Source: a virus. From it: a stretch of DNA of 64,000 bases. Below the pieces are notes generated by a model. The model did not search any database and was not told the DNA's origin. It saw only the letters and a list, made by a program, of their open reading frames with translations. The position numbers and the translations under genes are program-made. This document shows positions 28,601 to 38,154 of the stretch, piece by piece (position 1 is the stretch's first letter; every line of letters starts with the position of its first letter). The stretch lies in IMG/VR virus record IMGVR_UViG_3300030106_005057, positions 14,995 through 78,994 of that record; one strand, given 5' to 3'.

Positions 28601-31600
28601 TAAATAAAGCAGAGAATGCTCCGCTGACAAGATTAAGTGGATTGAGCATGCCGGCCATGTCTACATCCAACTGTGTCTGCAGACTCTGCTCTACTGCGGC
28701 GTCAAATTTACCAAATACTGCTGTAGTCTTTGCATTAGCGGAAGCAAGGTTAGAAGAGGATAGAAGCGAGGCTTTTGTCAACGAGTCAAGCTCAGTACTC
28801 GCCTCTTCAGCAGCATCTCCTAGTGCAACAATAGCTTCAAATTCAGCCTGTTTAGCAGCGCCTGCAAAGAATTCCTCAATACCAGCACCGATAGCTCCTA
28901 CTGCAGCGCCAAGAGCTGTACCTATAACTGGTACAAAAGAGCCTATAGCTGCGCCTTCAATCGCGCCTTTTGCCATAGCTCCTCCCACATCACCGGCACG
29001 ACCCGCACCTACTCCCTCTCTTCTTCCTGTAACTCCCGGAACAATCTCTTCTTTAGTTCCGCCTATGCCGCTAGTTATGGAATCTATAATAGGCCCTGCT
29101 ACAATAGAAGCAACAGCAGCGACAAGTCCTCCTCCTTTCAACCCCTTAACCGCATTTTTAGCCAAAGAAGCACCGCCGGTTCTAACTGCGCCAGCTGCTC
29201 CTGCTCTTCCGACTTTGGTGAGTGCTCCAGAAGCTGCCTGAGATCCTTTTGTTATTCCAAGACCAACTCTATTAGATGCGCTCCTGATTCCTGAACTAAC
29301 CCTGTCTCTAGCAGCGCTAACAGCGCCCTTAAAACCACCGCCAGCTCGCTCGCTAGCTGCGCCAAACCTAGAGGAGAATGATGAGTTTATTTGTGATTGA
29401 GCAAAGGATCTTGTCTGAAATCCCTTTGAGCCCGGAACGTTTACTCCCCCTTTGCTGGATAGTAGATTCCTTTGCGTTGTAGCCCCAGCTGAGAATGCTG
29501 CTTTTTGCTTTGAGAGCTTTGCGCCAAATCCCTTCAAGCCAGTGGCAGCACCCTTTAGGCTTGAGCCAAGAAGTGCTACGTTAGTTACCACCGATAACCA
29601 ATCTCCTGCTGTAGCCTCTCCAGATGCAATTCTGTCTAATGAGTTTGCTGTCGCCTCTACAATTCCCGGCAACATAGAGAATACAGCAATCATTCCTGCA
29701 GCACTATTCCCTATCTCATTAAATGCACCACTAACACCTTTCGCACCATCAGCCACATTGTTAAGGGCTTGTTGGGTTGGTTTAGGATTTATAGTAGCTC
29801 CTGTATTGCCTGAAACTTTCGTTCTTGCGCTTGGTGTGCCATAATTATTTCTTCCGGCTCTTACTACTCCACCTTGAGCATATTTGTTTATATTATTTAG
29901 ATTACCATAACCGAAGGATTGTGCAGAACGCTTGTTAACCACAAACTCGCCCGGCGTTAACAGCGCAGGTACAGTGTCAGTACCTGTAGCTGTCCCTCCT
30001 TTTGCCATCTTAGTAACAGAAAGTCCGAACGGGTCGCCTTGGTCTGCGGAAGCTAAAATCTTTCTAAGTAAAGATCCTCCTTGATTTGAGGCTATATTGT
30101 CTTTGCTAAGAGACTTCTTAGCCTCTAATAGCTTTGTATCTAGTGGTAGAGCAGGATCAAAGAAGAGATTCATTCTTTCAATGACATCTGAAGTAAGATC
30201 AGCAAAATCAAATGTTGCTCCACTCTCTGTTAGTTTTGCTCCTGTAGTACCTGCAACAACGCCCTCAAAGAAGTGGCCCGCCATAGAATTAAAGTCAATC
30301 TCACCTAGAGCCTTTTCAACTGCCAGTTCCCGATCCACATTTGTCAGTCCCTCAACATCAAAACTATCAGCTAGAGCGGAACTAACGTCCTCAACAGCTT
30401 TGCCTACCGTCTTTTTCACCTCTTTCATTAGAGATGTAGATGCGGTGTCATCCATGACTGTTCTGTATGTTCCTAGAGTAGCAGTGATCGTGTCTGTGCC
30501 TTCCCTAAAATCTGCCAACTCTGGGAATATAGATTTAGCTATGTCAAATACTGGCCCCTTCTTGTTTGTTAGACTAGGTTTGTTTATAGACTGAGAGCCA
30601 AGCCCTTTTGGACCATCTCCCATGCCCATAAAGATTGCTGCAAGTTCGCCCGACGTAGTTATACTAGCCTTTTGGGGTTCGTCTTCTACATCTCCTCCGT
30701 TAGCATATTTATTAATTCCTGATAGATTACCAGCTCCAAATGCACCGACAGCTGATTTTCTGATTACAAACTCTCCGGGAGTAAGCATAGCTGGCACAGT
30801 GTCTCTATTACCTGTTCCCGGAACAAGTCCTCCACTTGCAAAACCTCTAGGCCTCCTACCTCCTCCACCGCCTCTAGCTCCTCCGGGACCTCGACCAAAC
30901 CCTACATTCAATGTAGATAAGGCAGGTATAAGCCTATTTACTGCAGTAGTAAGATTGTTGGTGGCTTGTGTATTGGCGGATAATGGAATAGCCTTCAGTG
31001 CATTGGCTAAATTAGTTGAGTTCTGATTGAAGTTGGATAGCTGTTGAGTGTTCGCCTGTACTGCAGAGGCTAGCGCATTTTGAGATGTTACTTGAGCCTG
31101 TCCTCCAGATCCGGTAGCGGCATTGCCAAGAGCTGCCCCAGCACCTCCTAGTCCTCCTCCTGCTTTGGCAGAACCAAAAAATCCTCTAGCGAAGTCTCCT
31201 ACGCCTTTTGATATCTTTACTGCTGCGAAAGCAGTTAGCGCTGGCAAGACTGGAACTAAAGCCTCGGCAAGTCCAAGAAATGCATTTGCCATTCCGGCAA
31301 CTATTTTCGCTAAAGTTTGGAAGGTTGCAGATTCACTAATTGTTCTGATTAAGGCTTCGAATCTAGATTGAATCTGTTCAAAAGTTTTGATCAAAGGTTG
31401 TAAACCTTTTGCTACATCTCCTCCAAGTCCCTCAACTGCACCTTGCTGAGCAATTGCAAACGCAGACTCTGCTTTTCTGAACTCTTTGATAGCTGGTATC
31501 AACTTACCAACCTGACGAATACCACCAAGCTCTTCTACTACTTTAGATAATGCTAGTGTATCTCCTCTTTTAATAATCTCATCAAGCTCTTTTGACAATA

Positions 31601-32606
31601 TTCTAAATGAAGAGAATAAACCAACAAAGTTCCCATCGGCATCCTTCAAGTTTATTCCAAGCTGCTTGAGAAACTCTATTGTTTGAGGCCTCTGGATTCT
31701 TGAGAAGATTGTTCTCAAACCAGTAGCAATCGTTTCTGCTGATTCACGAGTTGTAGATCTAACAGAAGTAAAAATAGCTATTAATTGATTAAGAGCTTCT
31801 TGAGGTTTCTCTGCATCATTAGCAGCCGTAGCAAAAACACCACCAACACGACGAATAGCAGATATCACATCTTCAGATTCAACTGCAAACTTCTTAGATA
31901 CAGCATTTATAGATGCTAGCACAGCCTCAGACTCAGATGCTGCTATATTGAACTGATTAAGAGAAGCAATAAGGCCTTCAGCAGTATTGGACATTTCACC
32001 AAAAGATGGAGCTAAGCTGGCCCTAGCAACCGCTTTCATAGATGCTTCTACTTGGTCTAGAGTTTGTCCAGTCTGTGCGAATATTCTAGCAACAGACAAT
32101 ATCTCATTAGCATCAAGCCCTAGGTTTTTTGCCAAGTTACTAGCAGCATCACTTAATTTGTTAAGTCCTGCTGTTGTTCCTCCAGTAACCTGAGAAATTT
32201 TTGTCAACTCTCTTTCAAACTCAAGAGCCTTGGGAACTGCTTCGGCTATTGCATTACTAAGCCTGAAAAACGTAGCTGTAACAATACCGGCTGCAGCAAA
32301 TCTCTTGAAGGTCAGAGCAGTTTCTTTACCTAGTACCTGCATAGCATTAGCTGCTGTCTTGCTACTTTGGGCAGTCTTGTTTAATGCATTACTCGCATTA
32401 GCTTGTGTTTTGACTAGATTCTGGTAGTTCTTGTTTGTTAAGTTTAATTGGTTATTAAGATTCGTTAGCTGCGTCTGTCCTTTTTTAGGAACATTCACAT
32501 TGACATTTACAGATAAATTACCAAGCTGCTGCTTTATACTGTTGGTAACAGCTTTTATGTTCTTAGGGCCACTTAAGATGACCTGTGCGTTAATATTAAA
32601 TGCCAT
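25671..32606 (-). CDS. tail tape measure protein
   Basis: 2311 aa, Ala/Gly-rich helical, TP901-like core, two DTVPAxLTPGEFV motifs; follows tube and chaperones. Confidence 0.92.
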   Translation of the reverse strand: MAFNINAQVILSGPKNIKAVTNSIKQQLGNLSVNVNVNVPKKGQTQLTNLNNQLNLTNKNYQNLVKTQANASNALNKTAQSSKTAANAMQVLGKETALTFKRFAAAGIVTATFFRLSNAIAEAVPKALEFERELTKISQVTGGTTAGLNKLSDAASNLAKNLGLDANEILSVARIFAQTGQTLDQVEASMKAVARASLAPSFGEMSNTAEGLIASLNQFNIAASESEAVLASINAVSKKFAVESEDVISAIRRVGGVFATAANDAEKPQEALNQLIAIFTSVRSTTRESAETIATGLRTIFSRIQRPQTIEFLKQLGINLKDADGNFVGLFSSFRILSKELDEIIKRGDTLALSKVVEELGGIRQVGKLIPAIKEFRKAESAFAIAQQGAVEGLGGDVAKGLQPLIKTFEQIQSRFEALIRTISESATFQTLAKIVAGMANAFLGLAEALVPVLPALTAFAAVKISKGVGDFARGFFGSAKAGGGLGGAGAALGNAATGSGGQAQVTSQNALASAVQANTQQLSNFNQNSTNLANALKAIPLSANTQATNNLTTAVNRLIPALSTLNVGFGRGPGGARGGGGGRRPRGFASGGLVPGTGNRDTVPAMLTPGEFVIRKSAVGAFGAGNLSGINKYANGGDVEDEPQKASITTSGELAAIFMGMGDGPKGLGSQSINKPSLTNKKGPVFDIAKSIFPELADFREGTDTITATLGTYRTVMDDTASTSLMKEVKKTVGKAVEDVSSALADSFDVEGLTNVDRELAVEKALGEIDFNSMAGHFFEGVVAGTTGAKLTESGATFDFADLTSDVIERMNLFFDPALPLDTKLLEAKKSLSKDNIASNQGGSLLRKILASADQGDPFGLSVTKMAKGGTATGTDTVPALLTPGEFVVNKRSAQSFGYGNLNNINKYAQGGVVRAGRNNYGTPSARTKVSGNTGATINPKPTQQALNNVADGAKGVSGAFNEIGNSAAGMIAVFSMLPGIVEATANSLDRIASGEATAGDWLSVVTNVALLGSSLKGAATGLKGFGAKLSKQKAAFSAGATTQRNLLSSKGGVNVPGSKGFQTRSFAQSQINSSFSSRFGAASERAGGGFKGAVSAARDRVSSGIRSASNRVGLGITKGSQAASGALTKVGRAGAAGAVRTGGASLAKNAVKGLKGGGLVAAVASIVAGPIIDSITSGIGGTKEEIVPGVTGRREGVGAGRAGDVGGAMAKGAIEGAAIGSFVPVIGTALGAAVGAIGAGIEEFFAGAAKQAEFEAIVALGDAAEEASTELDSLTKASLLSSSNLASANAKTTAVFGKFDAAVEQSLQTQLDVDMAGMLNPLNLVSGAFSALFSPIDTVGNLFSGVGKGLDVVGNGLANLAEQATGIDFGSLRGFFESTAPGQLGMSEEEKETNKKRRKAETREALSGDDEREAITKALQGLPEEFAATARAAFENVAKLATTELANIDLDALRNIGEAGLSLETAADGAISFSGDAGSMVTALQAAGEKIGEGSELVTQYSNVVRASSMEIAKQQISDAQAAVQAAKDAGGEGWFWDSDALNEAEGALKASQNAGRAIAELGDSIGEASPEEINDAIAAVGITSAEEANKVRQLVQEQQAAAAQTLRVAAANAELEKIARETAFQIEALGEGLLKLDNITAQAANRFAEFADSFATDFDRAFGSDAILALGPQINPFENLDTSTPDEIAAGLENIKAAIGDVAGGPNEGATKGFQDTLKSTQELPFALKGAMQDLVGAEGGREFASAQDASSAILKQLEARGAAPEGAARDILVKNIEAQFNKRQTEAGGGAIKITSDLVTGVASQIGEMGKKLQDALASTAESLNVYRQAQLQLAQFEIELINKRKETANKLLDIDQRRAQFLGRDEGKDPRDVANRDLSARLAAAQTGIEGVGLSAVTSPGGSIGVSQLQSNRNILQDRRAELQKQVDETAGPVDQGVIDELAKVEAALAGTKQSLDILADDTTKLAAIQKNIEGIEKRKMSAQDRLLTLQGELAAAMESGDLQKVAELRAEIDAPRAALAKAQAGEALTLQESNALAQGRDQLVAEGLITPEQATTLGNSIAGGFLASAGGILGGPTTINGGAAMDFLSGETSLGGGAMVGVDTAEQREQRTQGEEIIQEQEAIAAEKLKNAEAQMLPVRQKLTEEAERAKQSFLDAGEALQRLRFESEALSGKPSEVAGATNNAGGAGGMGSSPQEVSQADQIRNQIENLQSTAMANASANDPTTQAMTDALNNLASRIGSLESNGIQGTINGQQSVTLTNPATIGREFEQLAELGAIREIASQEPQLQQRFQQAVSSQMNAAT

Positions 32607-32620
32607 ATATCTAAACTCTT

Positions 32621-32674
32621 AAAAAAAATAAAGCGACCACCACAAACACAATGTTTTGCTTATAATGATCGCTT
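32621..32674 (-). terminator. putative terminator/attenuator upstream of the tape measure
   Basis: Minus strand AAGCGATCATTATAAGCA...TGTTTGTGGTGGTCGCTT stem plus TATTTTTTTT. Confidence 0.55.
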
Positions 32675-32682
32675 ATCCAGTT

Positions 32683-33639
32683 TTATTCAGATGTCGCAAC
32701 CTCTTCTTCGGCAACTTCATCTGGTTCAGTCTTTTCCAGTTTTGGCTCATCAGCCGGTTGAGCTTTCTTCGGTCTTCCACGCTTTTTAGGCTTAGGCTTT
32801 GACTCTGCTTCCTCTTTTTTAGACAAGACGGGCTTGCCTTTACTATCTAGGAAAGGAGAAAACTCTGTTTTGTAATTGCCATCTTGACTAACTGGCCTAC
32901 CATTAACATCCACATAATCAAAGTCAGTATCGGATGTCCACTTGATATAATTGCCTCTTTCATCAAGATGTCGGCCTTCCCTATCAACGAGTCTACCTTT
33001 CTCATCAACAAGCTGGCCTTTTTCATTAGTGAACCCATACTCTTTTAAGAAGACATCCTCAGCTGTACCTGAGTTTGGATCATCTACATTAGAAAGAAGA
33101 TAATAGAATTCAGTGGCTCCTGCCATTGCTACTCTAGAATCTTGGTTCTTTATGTAGTCAATAATACCCTCTTTAAAATAAGGTTCATCACCCTCTTCAT
33201 ACACCAAGCAGGAGGAAAAAAGCCAATTAAACCTGACTGTATCAGCCTTACCTTCACATGTATTTGAGTCTAATTCTGTTCTTGTTGACAGCAGATCTAC
33301 CATTTCTTTTCGTGCATCTGCCATAGATAGGGCTACTTCTCGGGCTTCTTCAAGACTGATTCCACCTTTTGATAGTTTATAGTCCCCATTAATAACGATA
33401 GCTCTAAGTTCTTGGTATCTTTGCTCTCTATCATCATTCCAGAGTTTTCTTTTTCTAAGCTCTGTATCTAGCTGATCTCTTAAAAGATCCCCTCTTTCCA
33501 AAGACTGATTAAAAGCCTTTGCTCTTTCTTCATTTGCTTTTACAAGTTCATCAAAATTAGGTCTCCTGACAGCATACTTAACGCCGTCAACCTCAAAAAC
33601 CCTTCTATCCTGATCATTTTTTTGTTCATTGTCAGACAT
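32683..33639 (-). CDS. tail assembly chaperone-like protein
   Basis: Between tube and tape measure; short repeats EKGQLVD/EKGRLVD/EGRHLD; charged tail. Confidence 0.5.
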   Translation of the reverse strand: MSDNEQKNDQDRRVFEVDGVKYAVRRPNFDELVKANEERAKAFNQSLERGDLLRDQLDTELRKRKLWNDDREQRYQELRAIVINGDYKLSKGGISLEEAREVALSMADARKEMVDLLSTRTELDSNTCEGKADTVRFNWLFSSCLVYEEGDEPYFKEGIIDYIKNQDSRVAMAGATEFYYLLSNVDDPNSGTAEDVFLKEYGFTNEKGQLVDEKGRLVDREGRHLDERGNYIKWTSDTDFDYVDVNGRPVSQDGNYKTEFSPFLDSKGKPVLSKKEEAESKPKPKKRGRPKKAQPADEPKLEKTEPDEVAEEEVATSE

Positions 33640-33960
33640 CTATTCAAGCTCCTTTTTATCTGTAACTACAAAATTTGTTATATACCTATTCCAACTTATG
33701 GTGTATTGAGAAATTTCACTCTGTGCACCTCTTAGATTTGAGTTTCCCAAGTCAAGTATCTTAGTGCGTGCTTCAGACCAAGCCTCTCTCCAGTCCTTCT
33801 GATCCTCCGTCAAATCATGATATTGAAGACCATGTCCCCATAAAAACCCAAAGTACTCCTCTATAACAGCTAAAGAGCCTATGGTTGTTGTATTAAATTT
33901 TTTGACTATATTGTTTACTAATCTTTTCTTTGAAGATTCTGCATATCTTTCATCAGACAC
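33640..33960 (-). CDS. hypothetical protein (tail assembly region)
   Basis: ORF with RBS between the chaperone-like genes. Confidence 0.55.
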   Translation of the reverse strand: MSDERYAESSKKRLVNNIVKKFNTTTIGSLAVIEEYFGFLWGHGLQYHDLTEDQKDWREAWSEARTKILDLGNSNLRGAQSEISQYTISWNRYITNFVVTDKKELE

Positions 33961-33969
33961 AATTCCCTC

Positions 33970-35019
33970 CTATCCTTTTCTATTTCCAGTTACCATTTCT
34001 ACCAGCTCTTTACGCAATTTCATTTTTACATCAGTGAGCTGATCCTCTCTTATTTCTTCTCCGCCTTTATTTTTAACCTCTTTAAGTCTATTTTTTATTT
34101 TCATTTTATTGCTATGGTCATTAAGGTTATATATCTTATCTGAATCTTCTTTGGAAGAAACCATAAATATTTCATCTCCTTTTTGTCCAGTTATAGCGTC
34201 CGCATTTTTTTGCGCTCTTTTCTTTTCATTTTCCTTTCTTTGAACGGCCATCCAACCATCGAATGCGTCATCATCTTCAAAGACCTCATCTGGAGGAGTC
34301 TCCATACCCTGTCTAGCATTATCATACATCTTAGAATATAATATCAAATGTCTCTGAAACACTGTCATATCAGCTGGAGATCCACCAAATACGTTAACGC
34401 CTCCAGAGCTATCCCAATAACTCTTCCAAATTCCTTGTCTAGCAAACTCTCTTATATGAGGACTAATCATGTACTGAGACATATATCCTGAGTATGCTTT
34501 ATCTAGCATGTGTGAACTCTGTGAAAAAATAGTAGCGGCGTCATATACCTTATTATTATTTATATCATAGAGGCTCATAGCAGCAACAAACCTATCTCTT
34601 ATAAAACTGTGGTATGACTCTAAGGTAGAATGAAAGAATGTAGCCCTCCTAGACAATGCTTCTTCTATTACTTTCCTAATCCCTGCTAATCTATTCTTTG
34701 CTGCCTTTTTTGATTTTGTGTTAAAAAAGTTTTTATATACAGCAATTTGCATATCTTCTATAGCTTCTTGGCTTACCTTCAAGTCTGCATCATTTTGATA
34801 AGTCCATATGCCTCTACGATCTAGAACCTCCGCCAGCTTTTCATCCGTTACAAGTTGGGAAAAGTTCAGCTCATCGGCTGCTTCATCTGCCAAAAAACAT
34901 GCTAAAGTTCTTATTTCAGCGGTAGGCCTAACTAGTTTGTATATCTTTCCTTCAGACCTGAAAAATGTTGTCCCTGAAATTAGCCTTTCTACCATTGTTG
35001 CTTTTTGATGTTCAAGCAT
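33970..35019 (-). CDS. tail assembly chaperone-like protein
   Basis: Position after tube; helical; PPDEVFEDDDAFDGW motif. Confidence 0.5.
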   Translation of the reverse strand: MLEHQKATMVERLISGTTFFRSEGKIYKLVRPTAEIRTLACFLADEAADELNFSQLVTDEKLAEVLDRRGIWTYQNDADLKVSQEAIEDMQIAVYKNFFNTKSKKAAKNRLAGIRKVIEEALSRRATFFHSTLESYHSFIRDRFVAAMSLYDINNNKVYDAATIFSQSSHMLDKAYSGYMSQYMISPHIREFARQGIWKSYWDSSGGVNVFGGSPADMTVFQRHLILYSKMYDNARQGMETPPDEVFEDDDAFDGWMAVQRKENEKKRAQKNADAITGQKGDEIFMVSSKEDSDKIYNLNDHSNKMKIKNRLKEVKNKGGEEIREDQLTDVKMKLRKELVEMVTGNRKG

Positions 35020-35236
35020 TCAACTATAGTTCCTAACAAAAATCTTCACCTAGACTGAAAGAGTTCAGTAATTAGAACGTGATGATTAATAATCCTAAAT
35101 ATAAAACCCTATCCCTCTAATATATAATAGCAAATATGTAGCGCTATTTGGCTTAATATTTGATAATATGTTATAATAAAGTCGGTAAAATAACTCGCTC
35201 TCTATCGCGAAAAAGAGCTATCGCTAAGTTCCCGAC

Positions 35237-35270
35237 AAAAATAAAGGGCCGCGCAAATCTGCACGACCCT
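35237..35270 (-). terminator. intrinsic terminator after tail tube gene
   Basis: AGGGTCGTGC-AGATTT-GCGCGGCCCT plus TTATTTTT. Confidence 0.75.
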
Positions 35271-35288
35271 CTAAATTATCACAAGCTA

Positions 35289-36467
35289 TTAGCTCCAGAC
35301 GCCCGAACCAACATATAGTTGTCGGTTGCTCCACTGGGTTGCTCCACTATCATTACCACCATTACCACTTGTGTCTCCACTATGCATAACAGTGAAGTCA
35401 TTAAAGTTAGAGTAAGAGTAAGTAACTGTGGCGTTTCCACCACCAGCATCACCACCACCGTATGAAACGGAAGATAGCTTATTCTTGATACCAAGCCAAA
35501 TTCTAAGACCTTCGCAAGTAGCAATACGAATTTTTCTCTCATTGAGGTTCTGTTTCGTATTACATGCTCCTTCTTCAGTACAGTCATCAAGAGCATTGAT
35601 TAAGTCACCACTAACAGTCGTAACTTCAAAGTCTGTCGTAACTTCCACAGGGAAGGTAACTGTCTTAGCATAAGGAAGTTTTCTACCAAGTTCAAAGATG
35701 TCTTCACGACCCAAGTCTACAGATGTTGTAATCGAAGAGACATGACAGTCAGCTGTTTTCTGACCGCTTGAAGTAACACCGGGAATATCAGCAGGAAGAA
35801 TTGTATAATCAGCACCAGAAGTAGTAGAGTCACTGGTTGCAAATTGAATGTTTTCACGACGATTAACACCACCCTCACCGATTGGGGCATCATTATTGCC
35901 AGCAAACGCACCATCAGACCCACTTCCCGGCTGATAAGTAGCACCACATCCAGTAGAAATGGTGTTCATAGCCGTTCCGGACTTCCATACTTTATAGTTA
36001 CCTACAAGAGTAACGTCTTCAGTAAAGTTGTCATCCAGAGGGAAGTTGTAGCCAACTGAGGATACAACAAGACCGGACATTTCGACGACTGAGTCAGCTT
36101 TGTCATCGTTTTCACCAGCCGACTGATTATTACCTTCATTCCAAATTCCAAGCTGAACGAAAGATTTGATGTTAGCTGCATTTCTATTAGCCAATGCTGG
36201 ACTAGTTGTATAGTCCGCTGTAGCCAAACAATAAATTGGAATGTAGCCATCTAGAACTTTAGATAATGTAACTTCAACATCAGGGGTTCCTTCTACATTT
36301 TCGTAGATAGAAATCTGACCGAGTTCAAAAACCTGTTCTAGATTAAAAGTTGTTGTTATTCCAACAGACTGGACACCATGCACGGGTGTAAAAGCGCCAT
36401 TCCCGCGAGAACCAGCGGCAATTCCGACCTGTTGAATAGCATAATAAACTCTATTATTAGTTGCCAT
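35289..36467 (-). CDS. major tail tube protein
   Basis: HGVQSVGITTTFNLEQVFELGQ, with an internal echo DLGREDIFELGR; own terminator; synteny. Confidence 0.75.
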   Translation of the reverse strand: MATNNRVYYAIQQVGIAAGSRGNGAFTPVHGVQSVGITTTFNLEQVFELGQISIYENVEGTPDVEVTLSKVLDGYIPIYCLATADYTTSPALANRNAANIKSFVQLGIWNEGNNQSAGENDDKADSVVEMSGLVVSSVGYNFPLDDNFTEDVTLVGNYKVWKSGTAMNTISTGCGATYQPGSGSDGAFAGNNDAPIGEGGVNRRENIQFATSDSTTSGADYTILPADIPGVTSSGQKTADCHVSSITTSVDLGREDIFELGRKLPYAKTVTFPVEVTTDFEVTTVSGDLINALDDCTEEGACNTKQNLNERKIRIATCEGLRIWLGIKNKLSSVSYGGGDAGGGNATVTYSYSNFNDFTVMHSGDTSGNGGNDSGATQWSNRQLYVGSGVWS

Positions 36468-36521
36468 TTAACTTCTCCTAGTAATTAATTAATTAACTTT
36501 AGATACGTATCTCATAATATA

Positions 36522-36528
36522 TACACCA
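36522..36528 (-). promoter_or_regulatory. candidate late-promoter motif TGGTGTA (tube)
   Basis: TGGTGTATATATTATG upstream of the tube gene; recurs before other late genes. Confidence 0.5.
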
Positions 36529-37512
36529 TTAATCTATAACAACTTCAAAAGTTGCCCTTACTGTACCCTCATGAAGACGAGAATTGTAACTTTCCATTTC
36601 CGTTACGGTCATTTCTGTCATTCTAGTGAAGAGATACTGATAATTTTGATTATTGACGATATCACTATAATTATTTGGGTTTGCGACGGTCATTCCCCTA
36701 TAGTCTAAGGGGAAAGCGCCGCTGGATGCTACAGTATTACTATTGTATAACCAAAGTCTATTGTCTTTTTGTAAAGAGATTACATCAATTAGTTGATTTC
36801 TCCACCATCTAGACTCAGCAACAATATGGAACAAAACATCTTGTCTAACAAACTGAGATGTGTCACCTATCTGATATGCAGAGAACCTTCTTCTTGGTGT
36901 TGCCTCTATTACAACCGAAGGCATTTGGACTCTATGATTAGCCAATATACCCCAAGCTCCTGATCCTGCAACATTGTAGCTAGAGTCATCAACTCTTAAA
37001 GAGTCGTATTGAAGCTCGTCCCACCAAGGCGCTTGATCAGCAATATAAACCTGCACATTGCGATAGCTATGTTCAAGTTCAACCGTAGCCGTAGTACTAA
37101 TAGGACTGTCAAATACCACTCTTCCGTTAGGATAGTCATAATGATGACCGTAAGTGCTATCTCCAGTACCATATAGTGTGCCATTAACATATACCCCAGA
37201 TATGTCGATTCCAGAATAATCTGAACCTCCATCTGAGTATAACTTTCCAGTTTCCCAGACCCAATCTTTTCTAGCGGACTCCCAAACCTGTCCATTTTCA
37301 TAAGATGGGTCCTGAACTGCTCTTAAATCGCTGAAGTCTCCTCCGTAAGCTCCAGACGTGGGTTTAGATACATCGGTCCATCCTCCTATTTGTAGGAGGC
37401 CCCAATCCATATACCATTTTAAATTACTCTCTAACTCCGATGTAAATAAAGTATCTCCTATGTGAGACACTTTAGAAAAGCTAGTATATCCTTCTCCATT
37501 TGGTAAACCCAT
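36529..37512 (-). CDS. tail terminator/neck protein
   Basis: Immediately upstream of tube; PSVVIE motif. Confidence 0.5.
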   Translation of the reverse strand: MGLPNGEGYTSFSKVSHIGDTLFTSELESNLKWYMDWGLLQIGGWTDVSKPTSGAYGGDFSDLRAVQDPSYENGQVWESARKDWVWETGKLYSDGGSDYSGIDISGVYVNGTLYGTGDSTYGHHYDYPNGRVVFDSPISTTATVELEHSYRNVQVYIADQAPWWDELQYDSLRVDDSSYNVAGSGAWGILANHRVQMPSVVIEATPRRRFSAYQIGDTSQFVRQDVLFHIVAESRWWRNQLIDVISLQKDNRLWLYNSNTVASSGAFPLDYRGMTVANPNNYSDIVNNQNYQYLFTRMTEMTVTEMESYNSRLHEGTVRATFEVVID

Positions 37513-38154
37513 TTATATCACCTTTGTCATTTCTCTTCTTATGATAACATCTATCTCATCTTGGATATCCTCTAAAGCTCTTGTAGCAAAATTGTCATTA
37601 TCGGTTCCTGCAAACTGCTTAGGGACTTTCCAAGACGCTCCCTGTCTTTCGACCATTATTCCAGAGCCAGTTCTTCCTCTATTTGAGCTTTTAAAGAAGT
37701 GGCTGGAGACTATCTTGTTATTTCCTTCAATTAGCAGCCATCTAAGCCACTCAAGAACTACGCCTTTCTCTGTAATGAACTCTGCTTCTGGCATCGAAAG
37801 AACATTTGCGTAGTCTTGGTCCGGCATCGTAACCATTATACCACCAAAATCCCCTAGCTTCCTAACGTATTTAACTTCTACAGAGTTCGCCCATGTTTCG
37901 ATTATATTTCCTATTCTAGCAGCTCCATCCACTAGCCCTAGTTCAGCTCTTAATCTGCCTCCTGCAATTGAGTTGACTACGTTTGAGGTCATTAGCTTAT
38001 CTTTTACAAGGGTTTGAATAGCTACCTCTATACTTTCTGTAATTCTATTTATCGAAGCAGTGAGCTTTTTTATTATTTCTTTCTTCACTTCATTTCTGAA
38101 GTAAGAGTCAAAACCTTGTTGTAGCTGTATCTTGGCATTTATGTAAGAGGCCAT
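37513..38154 (-). CDS. neck/tail completion protein
   Basis: Synteny; ATG 38154 overlaps the upstream stop. Confidence 0.5.
   Translation of the reverse strand: MASYINAKIQLQQGFDSYFRNEVKKEIIKKLTASINRITESIEVAIQTLVKDKLMTSNVVNSIAGGRLRAELGLVDGAARIGNIIETWANSVEVKYVRKLGDFGGIMVTMPDQDYANVLSMPEAEFITEKGVVLEWLRWLLIEGNNKIVSSHFFKSSNRGRTGSGIMVERQGASWKVPKQFAGTDNDNFATRALEDIQDEIDVIIRREMTKVI

Noticed and set aside
28354-29241. Long plus-strand ORFs opposite the tape measure and fibre (also 44799-45764)
   Set aside because: Antisense shadows of Ala/Gly/Thr-rich genes; no RBS or recognisable motifs
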